Sequence record: ON843697.1
From: Pseudomonas phage Motto
Reading direction: 5' to 3' (one strand)
Length of the DNA: 49,960 nucleotides
The notes below the pieces were generated by a model that was given only the letters and a program-made list of their open reading frames with translations, was not told where the DNA came from and ran no database searches. The position numbers and the translations under genes were made by a program. Position 1 is the stretch's first letter. Each line of letters opens with the position of its first letter. Shown here piece by piece: positions 20,080-27,376 of the stretch.

Positions 20080-20313
20080 TTATAGACTGCAATCTGAATT
20101 CTTGAAGTTGTCAACAGTAACCCACTGAAATCCGAATGGATAACCAGGCTTGACAAATGTTCGATCGTTAATGCGCTTAACGCCAAAAATAGCAACTTCA
20201 TAATCCATTCCGCCACTCTCATAAATTGCGCTGCATTCACGCTCAGGCATTGAAGAACAACCAATCAGAGCAAACGCAGCAACAAAAACACAGATAATTT
20301 TTTTCATCTTCAT
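20080..20313 (-). CDS. outer-membrane lipoprotein, Cor/Llp-like superinfection exclusion candidate
   Basis: 77 aa, signal peptide with lipobox LIGC; encoded antisense right after receptor-binding tail genes as cor in T1/phi80-like phages and llp in T5. Confidence 0.5.
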   Translation of the reverse strand: MKMKKIICVFVAAFALIGCSSMPERECSAIYESGGMDYEVAIFGVKRINDRTFVKPGYPFGFQWVTVDNFKNSDCSL

Positions 20314-20317
20314 ATCC

Positions 20318-20410
20318 TCAGAATCCGTTAAAGTTTCCAGCTAAGTTAATCACCCAAAGCATAAAGGCAACAACAGCAAAAGCAAGTACAACACTGATAA
20401 AGTTTTTCAT
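20318..20410 (-). CDS. small membrane peptide (30 aa, MKNFISVVLAFAVVAFMLWVINLAGNFNGF)
   Basis: not in ORF track; preceded by cassette -10 and RBS acggagacaagaaaATG; single TMD. Confidence 0.3.
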   Translation of the reverse strand: MKNFISVVLAFAVVAFMLWVINLAGNFNGF

Positions 20411-20439
20411 TTTCTTGTCTCCGTTTATCTTGTTGAGTT

Positions 20440-20483
20440 CATTATGCACATTGAGAACGTTTTTGTTTTAGCAATTCGTGCTG
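20440..20483 (-). promoter_or_regulatory. cassette copy (minus orientation, hairpin-less): CAGCACGAATTGCTAAAA-23 nt-CATAATG
   Basis: motif 20466-20483, box 20440-20447, drives the small peptide + lipoprotein. Confidence 0.5.
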
Positions 20484-20490
20484 TTGTTCT

Positions 20491-20692
20491 TTTTGTTCCT
20501 CATTGTTCGCTGGATGGCACTCCGCACTTTTGCACACGTTTAGACAACAAAAAGAACACCGAAATGCATAGATAATAATAACGGTGAGTAACTAATTTTT
20601 CTATATAATACATACATTTAAGTAAATTATTTATTTATATATATCTATATTTGTTCTTTCTTGTTTCTCTTGTTCAATTGGTATATGCACAC
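20491..20692 (+). repeat. ~200-bp direct repeat copy A (core 20587-20620 AGTAACTAATTTTTCTATATAATACATACATTTA)
   Basis: aligns with 41041-41232; AT-rich with TTGTTC/TTGTTTC reiterations downstream. Confidence 0.7.
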
Positions 20693-20896
20693 CTGATTTC
20701 TTATGAGAGCATCTATTGATTAATATTTAATCTATTCTGGCATTTTATGAAATGGTGTATAAATATAGGGTACTCCGCAGAATCGAGAACAGAGACAACA
20801 AGAAAATGAACATCAAATTTTCAATGACTTATGACTGATTTTGTTATCATTGTCATTCGAGAGCGTTAGCAAAACAAGAAGAACACATAAAAGCCA

Positions 20897-20924
20897 TTGA
20901 CAACGTATAGGTATGATGTAGAAT
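20897..20924 (+). promoter_or_regulatory. sigma70-like promoter TTGACA-16-TAGAAT for the recombination operon
   Basis: consensus -35, 16-nt spacer, -10 overlapping the track ATG at 20923. Confidence 0.5.
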
Positions 20925-20955
20925 GCACATCAACGACAACAAAGAGGATTCACAG

Positions 20956-22011
20956 ATGAGCGAATTTAAGGTTTTCACCTTTGACCAACTGACTAACGAC
21001 GAGTATCACGATCCTAAAGGATGGGCTGCTGAATACGTAAGCGGTTCTAACCTGGCTGAAATCTTTGCAACTTGTCCGGCTGCATGGAAGTTTAAGAAGC
21101 GTGAAGAAACCAAAGCACTTGTTTTCGGTACGCAGTCACATACCAACTTTCAGAGCGCAGAGCTTTTCAATCAGGAATACCGTAGAGCAACCAATCCAGA
21201 CGATGTAAAAGATCTCATTACAAGCCAGGCGGCATTAGCAGCGAAATTGAAATCTCTTGGCCTGACTGGTACAAGCGGGAAAACCTATCCAGATCTTATC
21301 AAAATCATGGTTGATAGCGATTTAGACTTAAAGGTTTTATGGCTGATTGAAATGATCGAAGAATGCCAGGCCAGAGCAGACGGAGTTCAACTTGTTCCGG
21401 CGAAAGATTACGACGCTTGCGTTACCATGCGCCGCGTACTGGAAAACATACCGGAGCACAACGCCTGTATGAATAGCCCAACAGCACAACGCGAGCTTTC
21501 AATTTTCGGCACTATAGGCGGCGTGAAAGTCAAAGTTAGATTGGATCACGTTGATGTTTGCAGTAATGTTTCAGTAAACAAGAAAACTGGCGTTGATCCT
21601 GATGGGTTCCCGATTTATGAGACTGTTGTTTATGACGAAGCAGTAGTTATTACAGACTACAAGACAACAGCAAGCGCTAACCCGAAAGACTTCTCACGAT
21701 CTGCTTTCGATCATGGTTATTACTTGAAGATGGCTTTGCAGCACGATTTATTCAAACGTGCATACCCTGGAGAGAAGCGGCCTGTTATTGTTCGCCTTCT
21801 TGCTCAGGAAAAGAAAGAGCCTTTTTTGCCGATCGCATTCCGCCTTACAGATGAGCAATTGCAGATCGGGCGATTACAATACATGGGCGTAATTAACCAG
21901 TTTGCAGAATGCAAGGCTCTTGACGTTTGGCCTGGATATTCAAACAACGCCGTTGAGGTTGAGTTAGAAACGCCAGCTTGGATCAGAAAGCAGTATGAGG
22001 GTTTTCTGTAA
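20956..22011 (+). CDS. PD-(D/E)XK family recombination exonuclease (RecE/RecB-Cas4-like)
   Basis: start ATG 20956 with RBS agagga; motifs RLDHVDV ... VITDYKT (D...D-x-K); precedes Erf and SSB. Confidence 0.6.
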   Translation: MSEFKVFTFDQLTNDEYHDPKGWAAEYVSGSNLAEIFATCPAAWKFKKREETKALVFGTQSHTNFQSAELFNQEYRRATNPDDVKDLITSQAALAAKLKSLGLTGTSGKTYPDLIKIMVDSDLDLKVLWLIEMIEECQARADGVQLVPAKDYDACVTMRRVLENIPEHNACMNSPTAQRELSIFGTIGGVKVKVRLDHVDVCSNVSVNKKTGVDPDGFPIYETVVYDEAVVITDYKTTASANPKDFSRSAFDHGYYLKMALQHDLFKRAYPGEKRPVIVRLLAQEKKEPFLPIAFRLTDEQLQIGRLQYMGVINQFAECKALDVWPGYSNNAVEVELETPAWIRKQYEGFL

Positions 22012-22053
22012 TAGCACGAATTGCTAAAAATAATTTACGGTTGGCTGTATAAT
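22012..22053 (+). promoter_or_regulatory. cassette copy (+): TAGCACGAATTGCTAAAA-21 nt hairpin-TATAAT
   Basis: motif begins 1 nt after exonuclease stop; leader CAACCAATCAGAGAGGAAACAAT-ATG. Confidence 0.5.
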
Positions 22054-22082
22054 TGCAGTCAACCAATCAGAGAGGAAACAAT

Positions 22083-22745
22083 ATGAAACTATCAGAAAGC
22101 AGTTCCAACGTAATTAAGGCATTATTTGAAGCGCGTCAAATGTTCACTAAGGTGAAAAAGGATAAGCAGAATACACACCTTAAAAACAGATACGCAACAC
22201 TTGACAGTGTTCTTGATGCGATTATGCCAGCGCTAACAGATAAGGGTATCTTTATCACTCAAGATCAGTACATGAGCGAAGACCTGAAATCTATGACGGT
22301 TCTAACTCGCTTTATTCATGTTGAATCGAATGAATGGATTGAATACAGCTTTACGCTTCCTACTCAGAAACTTGATCCGCAGGGTGGAGGTTCGACAAAC
22401 AGCTATGCGCGGCGTTATGCGCTTTGCACCTGCTTAGGTCTGGCGACGGCTGATGATGATGCTCAATTGGCGGTTAAAACGGCGCAGGACTGGAAAAAAG
22501 ACCTTGACCAATGCGAAGACCTTACCGACCTGCAAGAAACGTTTAAAACAGCTTACAAGCAATCTGACGCAGCCAACAGGACAATCATCAAAGCGCACTA
22601 TGACAAGCTGAAAGCGAAAATGTCGATCGCACAGACAACCGGATTCAAGCCAGCAGAGCCAACCGCCAACCTTGCAAAAAAAGAAAAGGTTGAACCGGAA
22701 CCGAAACCGGAAGTAAAATCTCAATCTATTGAATCTTTCGAATAA
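22083..22745 (+). CDS. erf: Erf-family single-strand annealing protein
   Basis: N-terminal KALFEARQMF..LKNRYATLDSVLDAIMPAL matches ERF signature; track start 22053 is TTG in leader. Confidence 0.65.
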   Translation: MKLSESSSNVIKALFEARQMFTKVKKDKQNTHLKNRYATLDSVLDAIMPALTDKGIFITQDQYMSEDLKSMTVLTRFIHVESNEWIEYSFTLPTQKLDPQGGGSTNSYARRYALCTCLGLATADDDAQLAVKTAQDWKKDLDQCEDLTDLQETFKTAYKQSDAANRTIIKAHYDKLKAKMSIAQTTGFKPAEPTANLAKKEKVEPEPKPEVKSQSIESFE

Positions 22746-22783
22746 TCAACTCGTGGCGGTAACGCCCCAATAAGGAAAAAGAA

Positions 22784-23218
22784 ATGCATATTATCACTGG
22801 TGAAATCCGAAAAGATCCGTTTATCAAGCAAGGCCAGAACGGGACGCTGTACATTGTCGAGCTTTCAGAATCATATAAAGATCGTGAAGGCAATCGACAA
22901 TACACCAACTATAAATTCTTCTTTAACGCAAAAAGTGAAGGTATGAATGGATGGTATGCAGAAGCATTCCAGAAAGGGAAAGTTGTTTCCGTATCGTGCG
23001 ATCAGTTGCGCATTGATTCAAACGAATACAACGGGCAGATTTATAACACTCTGACAAGCGCCGGATTTGCTAACCTGCAATTTAGCCAGCGCGGAGAGGC
23101 AGCGCCACAACAGCAACAGAACGCACAACAGCAACCACGGCAACAGCCGCCACGCCAGAATCCGCCAGCGCCAAATAATGAACCACCGATGGATTTCGAC
23201 GACGATATTCCGTTCTGA
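22784..23218 (+). CDS. ssb: single-stranded DNA-binding protein
   Basis: OB-fold N-terminus, Gln/Pro-rich linker and acidic C-terminal tail DFDDDIPF. Confidence 0.85.
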   Translation: MHIITGEIRKDPFIKQGQNGTLYIVELSESYKDREGNRQYTNYKFFFNAKSEGMNGWYAEAFQKGKVVSVSCDQLRIDSNEYNGQIYNTLTSAGFANLQFSQRGEAAPQQQQNAQQQPRQQPPRQNPPAPNNEPPMDFDDDIPF

Positions 23219-23224
23219 TAAAAG

Positions 23225-23250
23225 AAACCCCGCCGAAGCGGGGTTTTTTA
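23225..23250. terminator. bidirectional terminator ccccgccgaagcgggg with T-runs on both strands
   Basis: between convergent ssb and tail fibre; hairpin identical to 25784-25799. Confidence 0.7.
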
Positions 23251-25710
23251 TTACTTGTTTGCTTTCAGTTCTGCAATCTCTTTTCTCAATTCTTTAACCT
23301 CATTCATTAACGCGAGAATTGCCTCATGATGAAGCGCCGCAGCCACGCCGTATGTATCAACCGATTTTACTTTTTCAACAGTTGATCCGTCTGGCATTTC
23401 AACGTCATTCCCTTCTGTTTCAGATACAGCCCCAGGGAAGAATTTTTCAACCTCATCAGCCATAAAGCCGAATCCTTGAGTGCCAAACGGTTCGTAATAC
23501 CACGAGTAACCGCGCATTGATTCCATAACTTCAAGTGGGTTAGGTATTGTTTCCCACAGGCTTTTAATTCTCCTGTCTGATGTGTTTTGCCATTGTGCAG
23601 CCTGGCCTACTCCGTTTGGGTAAAACATAAATGATGCATTAGTTCCACCCCCATCCGTAATGTTTAATTGCACCTTTGAAAGTAGAGTTGATGAAGATCT
23701 GACTCCGCCAAGTTGCCAAAGACCATTATACCATCTTCCATAAATAGAGTTTATGTATGTTCCAGCAGTAGCAGAAGTTCCATAGTTATCAATTCGAATT
23801 TCATTCTGTTCACCAGCTTGAACACCAACAGCGCCGCCTGCTCTAGCAAAGAAAGATCTAGCTGTTGTGTATGCATCAATAAACATGCCTTTATCTGCAT
23901 TTGAAACGGTAATGCTTGTGCTGTTTCCGCCAGCCGTAGCGGGAAGCGTCATCATTCCATTCTCATCAAACAACCATGCAACACCCTTACTTGTATCATC
24001 GTTATAAGCAGCAAGACGAGCGGCGGCTACATTGTTGTACTTTCTAGCCATTAGTGAGGCGCTTGCATTGTTTGCCCCGGCAGCACGATAAAGAGATACA
24101 ACTTCACCTCCAAACGCTACAGTTCCGGCTTCTGGCTTGTTCTCATCCTCATTAATAACACTCCATTTTGTGTTAGCAGCAACAAAACCACCGGAAGCGC
24201 GGATAATCCAAACACCTGCAAAAGTATTCGGCCTAACTTCTGATGTGTTAGCGCGTCCATACACATCATTGGAATCTGATGCTTTGAAATACGCGTAAGT
24301 ATATCGGTTATTAGTGCTTGTTTCTGACGATGTCACGAAACCTTTTTGCAGTTCAGACTGCGATACACTGAACGCACCTATACCGCTAGATACAATAGCT
24401 CTACCGTTAGCGTCAACAGCGCCTAACCGACCAGTGATATCAGGTGACGCGTTTTCAAAAACAAAACCAGGAACATAAAACCCGCTGCCATCACCACGAC
24501 CATAAAGCCCACGAATTGATCCATCTTGCACGCCGTTTAAGTCTGGTGCTCGGAAAGTTGTTTCACCGTCACCGTTTGACCACATACCGCGCTTAGACGG
24601 AGTTGATAGCCATTCTGCATCATCAATTGGAGAATGCATTTGCGCATGATTCCACAATTCAGGCCAGTCAGTGCGGTTTAGCAATTGACCATCAGCAGGA
24701 ACCGCCCATTGCGGAATAAATGCGCGTGAATCCCATAGCGTCTTTTCACCTACGCCCCAATTTTGTACGCCGTTCATTGTCGCACCAACAACGCCACCTT
24801 GAACAAGGTTCGTCACCCATCGCTTTGTTGTTGCGTCAAGATCATCAACTGGATCGCTTGAGAGCGGAGTTGCACCAATAGGACGAACGTTAAGCCACGC
24901 GGCAGCGCGATCGGCAATTCCTGCAAGGTTATCAGCCTTTAAAAATGTATCGATAGCGGCTGCAACCTCAAGAGCATTTCTTGCGGCTTCTTTATCTGGA
25001 ACGTCTGCAAGGTTCTGATCTTTATGCAGCAGGTTTTCAGGATTAACCTGTTTCGCCCATTCCTCAGCCTGATCACGTGCTGTTTCCGCACCAGCTTTGG
25101 CAGTGTCAGCACCTGCTTTTGCTTCTTCCGCTGCAAATTGAGCCGCTTCTGCTTCATCGCGAGCGTTAAATGCTTCTTGCTTGATTGCCTCAGTATCCGT
25201 AACGGCTGAATCTTTAATCTGTTGCGTTTCCGTCTTGATCTGATTGGTTGCCTGTTGAGCCGCTTCCGCGCCAGCTTGCGCCGCCTGAGCATCAAGTTTT
25301 GCCTGATCCACATCTTTAGCGGCTTGCTCAATTCGAGCAACGAGATCTTTTAATCCCTGCAAATCGAAATCGCGGAAGAATTCAAGAGCGTCAGCAATTT
25401 CTGTTTCTTTGCTTTGATAATAACGCAGTGTTTCCGCTACATCTTGCGCCATTCCGTCAACAGTTAACGAGTCATTCAACAGGATCACATAATTAGTGCC
25501 TTCTGGAATGACTGCGTCATTTGTCTGGATCGCCTTCATTTCAGTGTCACTAACAATGTCACTAATAACAGCCAGATTTAACGGATCTGTAAGAAACACA
25601 ATTGTTGCGCCAGTGCGAATAAGAGAAAGCGGCTCACGCCATTTTGTACCAACGCCAGTGATAACGCCTTGAGCATCCATTGACGCCGTACCAGTACGAT
25701 ATAAAGCCAT
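23251..25710 (-). CDS. tail fibre protein with C-terminal intramolecular chaperone (peptidase S74) domain
   Basis: 819 aa; Ala-rich coiled-coil ([21 protein letters not shown]), C-terminal [11 protein letters not shown] (S-D-x3-K autoproteolysis motif) followed by chaperone-like segment. Confidence 0.8.
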   Translation of the reverse strand: MALYRTGTASMDAQGVITGVGTKWREPLSLIRTGATIVFLTDPLNLAVISDIVSDTEMKAIQTNDAVIPEGTNYVILLNDSLTVDGMAQDVAETLRYYQSKETEIADALEFFRDFDLQGLKDLVARIEQAAKDVDQAKLDAQAAQAGAEAAQQATNQIKTETQQIKDSAVTDTEAIKQEAFNARDEAEAAQFAAEEAKAGADTAKAGAETARDQAEEWAKQVNPENLLHKDQNLADVPDKEAARNALEVAAAIDTFLKADNLAGIADRAAAWLNVRPIGATPLSSDPVDDLDATTKRWVTNLVQGGVVGATMNGVQNWGVGEKTLWDSRAFIPQWAVPADGQLLNRTDWPELWNHAQMHSPIDDAEWLSTPSKRGMWSNGDGETTFRAPDLNGVQDGSIRGLYGRGDGSGFYVPGFVFENASPDITGRLGAVDANGRAIVSSGIGAFSVSQSELQKGFVTSSETSTNNRYTYAYFKASDSNDVYGRANTSEVRPNTFAGVWIIRASGGFVAANTKWSVINEDENKPEAGTVAFGGEVVSLYRAAGANNASASLMARKYNNVAAARLAAYNDDTSKGVAWLFDENGMMTLPATAGGNSTSITVSNADKGMFIDAYTTARSFFARAGGAVGVQAGEQNEIRIDNYGTSATAGTYINSIYGRWYNGLWQLGGVRSSSTLLSKVQLNITDGGGTNASFMFYPNGVGQAAQWQNTSDRRIKSLWETIPNPLEVMESMRGYSWYYEPFGTQGFGFMADEVEKFFPGAVSETEGNDVEMPDGSTVEKVKSVDTYGVAAALHHEAILALMNEVKELRKEIAELKANK

Positions 25711-25771
25711 AAATTCACCTCATACATTCATTGTTAAAGTATCCGTAATTATGCCTTGTTGCTTGAATTTC

Positions 25772-25800
25772 AGCAATAAAAAACCCCGCCGAAGCGGGGT
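25772..25800 (-). terminator. terminator ccccgcttcggcgggg + TTTTTTATT (minus strand) followed by fibre promoter/RBS
   Basis: identical stem to 23228-23243. Confidence 0.65.
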
Positions 25801-25871
25801 TGTTGAACGACAACGAAAGTCAATGAAGCAAATTAAAAGACAACATCACAGAAGTGTTAGCGGGTATTATA

Positions 25872-26798
25872 TTACAGCAACGTATCCGCCTTGTAAAGCC
25901 TCCTTTCTATCCCTTTCTTAAAATTACCATCAATCGGGATCATAACCTCAAGTTGTCTTTCGTCGGCTGCAATCAATGTTTCTTTATCATCAACTCGGCA
26001 AACAACGCGCATTTTTCGATCTCCTTTGTAGCGATGAGCAACAATCTCAAGATTAGACGGAGTAAAACAGCACCAGATTTCTTGACCTGTTGCCATGTGA
26101 ATATGTTGCGCGTCGATCCAGTCAACACAAAGGTAAATTGTTTTATCCGTCTTTCCAGTTACCGCCACGCTTCCGCGTGTATAGTCTTTCGCGTAAAAGC
26201 TTTGTTGGCCTTCCTCATTAACGAAAAGAATGTTGCACATTTCATCATCCAACTCGTCAGAGTGTACAAGATGGCAAGGAATTGCGTGTATATGCTCATC
26301 ATAGCCACCAGGATTTGATTTCACACCAACTTGATATGATTCACCATCTAACGGATAAAACGCCTCAAAAACGCTTAGATGCGTTGCAGTCATGCTTTCT
26401 GTTTTGCTCATCACATCAACGCACTTTTCATGTGGAGCCTGAGCGCCGAAGTTATAGCCTGAGTCACGGCTTGCGATCTTGTTCGCTTTGTTCACAACCT
26501 CAACAGGAACCAGGTTAAGCCATTCGCCGAGAGTGTCTATTGCTTCACTGTAATTTTCTCCTCGAATACGCATGAACAATCCGATCCCTGAATCGTTGCC
26601 GCACTGGTTGCAGATGTTCCCGCCGTCGCCTTTCTCGTTGATTTTGTCTGTCCAACGAAAGCGATCCTTGCCGCCGCAATACGGGCATGGTTGATGCTTC
26701 CCGTTGAATGTCTGTTGCGGTATGTCACAGAGCTTCATGAGCGCCGCCGCCCACATGCCGCGCATTTTCGGGATCACTTCTTCTTTCTGGTAATGCAT
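25872..26798 (-). CDS. DNA primase (zinc-ribbon + TOPRIM-like)
   Basis: CPYCGGKDRFRWTD...CNQCG zinc ribbon near N-terminus; acidic TOPRIM-like core. Confidence 0.65.
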   Translation of the reverse strand: MHYQKEEVIPKMRGMWAAALMKLCDIPQQTFNGKHQPCPYCGGKDRFRWTDKINEKGDGGNICNQCGNDSGIGLFMRIRGENYSEAIDTLGEWLNLVPVEVVNKANKIASRDSGYNFGAQAPHEKCVDVMSKTESMTATHLSVFEAFYPLDGESYQVGVKSNPGGYDEHIHAIPCHLVHSDELDDEMCNILFVNEEGQQSFYAKDYTRGSVAVTGKTDKTIYLCVDWIDAQHIHMATGQEIWCCFTPSNLEIVAHRYKGDRKMRVVCRVDDKETLIAADERQLEVMIPIDGNFKKGIERRLYKADTLL

Positions 26799-26858
26799 TG
26801 CTATAACTCCATATCAAACACGCGTAAATGATAGCGTTGATTTCCTTATTGGTTTTGA

Positions 26859-27290
26859 TTAATCGTGCTCTTTGCGCTTGTATTCCATCATGTGGCGCTT
26901 TGTGCATTTCGTTGATTTAGCTTTCCCGTTGCTGTCAAAATCCAGATCTGGACGGCAGAAAGCCGCAGTGAATCCGGCGAAGCCGTTCATCTTTCTATGA
27001 TACTGGACGCGCCGCGCTAGTTCAGGCGAAATCATGCCGCGCACTTTATAAGCGTTTCTTACCGTGACATATGGCACTTTAAGCGCTCTTGCCATCGCGC
27101 CAATTCCGCCGTAAAACTCCAATACTTGCTCAAACCTTGCCTTTAGTCCGGCCTTTACTTCTGGCTTTAATACCCAGCGTGGCGGCGCTTTGCGTGGTTT
27201 CTTATCCTTCCCGCGCCTGGTTCCGTTGTTGCCATTGATGCAGCGCTTATCAATAGCGCCCGTTGATTCTGCGATCCGTGGATTGCTCAT
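26859..27290 (-). CDS. HTH DNA-binding protein (Cro/YdaS-like helix-turn-helix), candidate early regulator
   Basis: GIGAMARALKVPYVTVRNAYK HTH; very basic N-terminus; first leftward gene at a divergent hub. Confidence 0.5.
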   Translation of the reverse strand: MSNPRIAESTGAIDKRCINGNNGTRRGKDKKPRKAPPRWVLKPEVKAGLKARFEQVLEFYGGIGAMARALKVPYVTVRNAYKVRGMISPELARRVQYHRKMNGFAGFTAAFCRPDLDFDSNGKAKSTKCTKRHMMEYKRKEHD

Positions 27291-27301
27291 TTCTCACCCC
27301 G

Positions 27302-27343
27302 TAGCACTTTTTGCTAAAACATTTCATCTTGTTTGTGTATGAT
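27302..27343 (+). promoter_or_regulatory. cassette copy (+, hairpin-less): TAGCACTTTTTGCTAAAA-21 nt-TGTGTATGAT
   Basis: in 86-bp divergent region between HTH gene and helicase. Confidence 0.5.
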
Positions 27344-27376
27344 ATTCATCAAATGGCTTTTAGTAAAGGAATTGCA

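Noticed and set aside
22012-22029. Resemblance of TAGCAC-N4-TTGCT to the sigma54 -24/-12 element (TGGCAC-N5-TTGCW)
   Set aside because: The GG dinucleotide is AG. The -24/-12 spacing is 2 bp short of the strict sigma54 geometry. A further 23 nt plus an ATAATG box follow, and no enhancer-binding-protein gene is present.
25854-26318. Antisense ORFs inside confident genes
   Set aside because: Each lies fully inside a longer, motif-supported CDS on the other strand, has no RBS and is low-complexity, so they are spurious. Examples are 25854..26318 (+) within the primase; 16883..17395 (-) and 17735..18079 (-) within J; 4094..4507 (-) within the scaffold gene; 30253..30663 (-) and 30694..31188 (-); and 33236..33796 (-) within the spanin.
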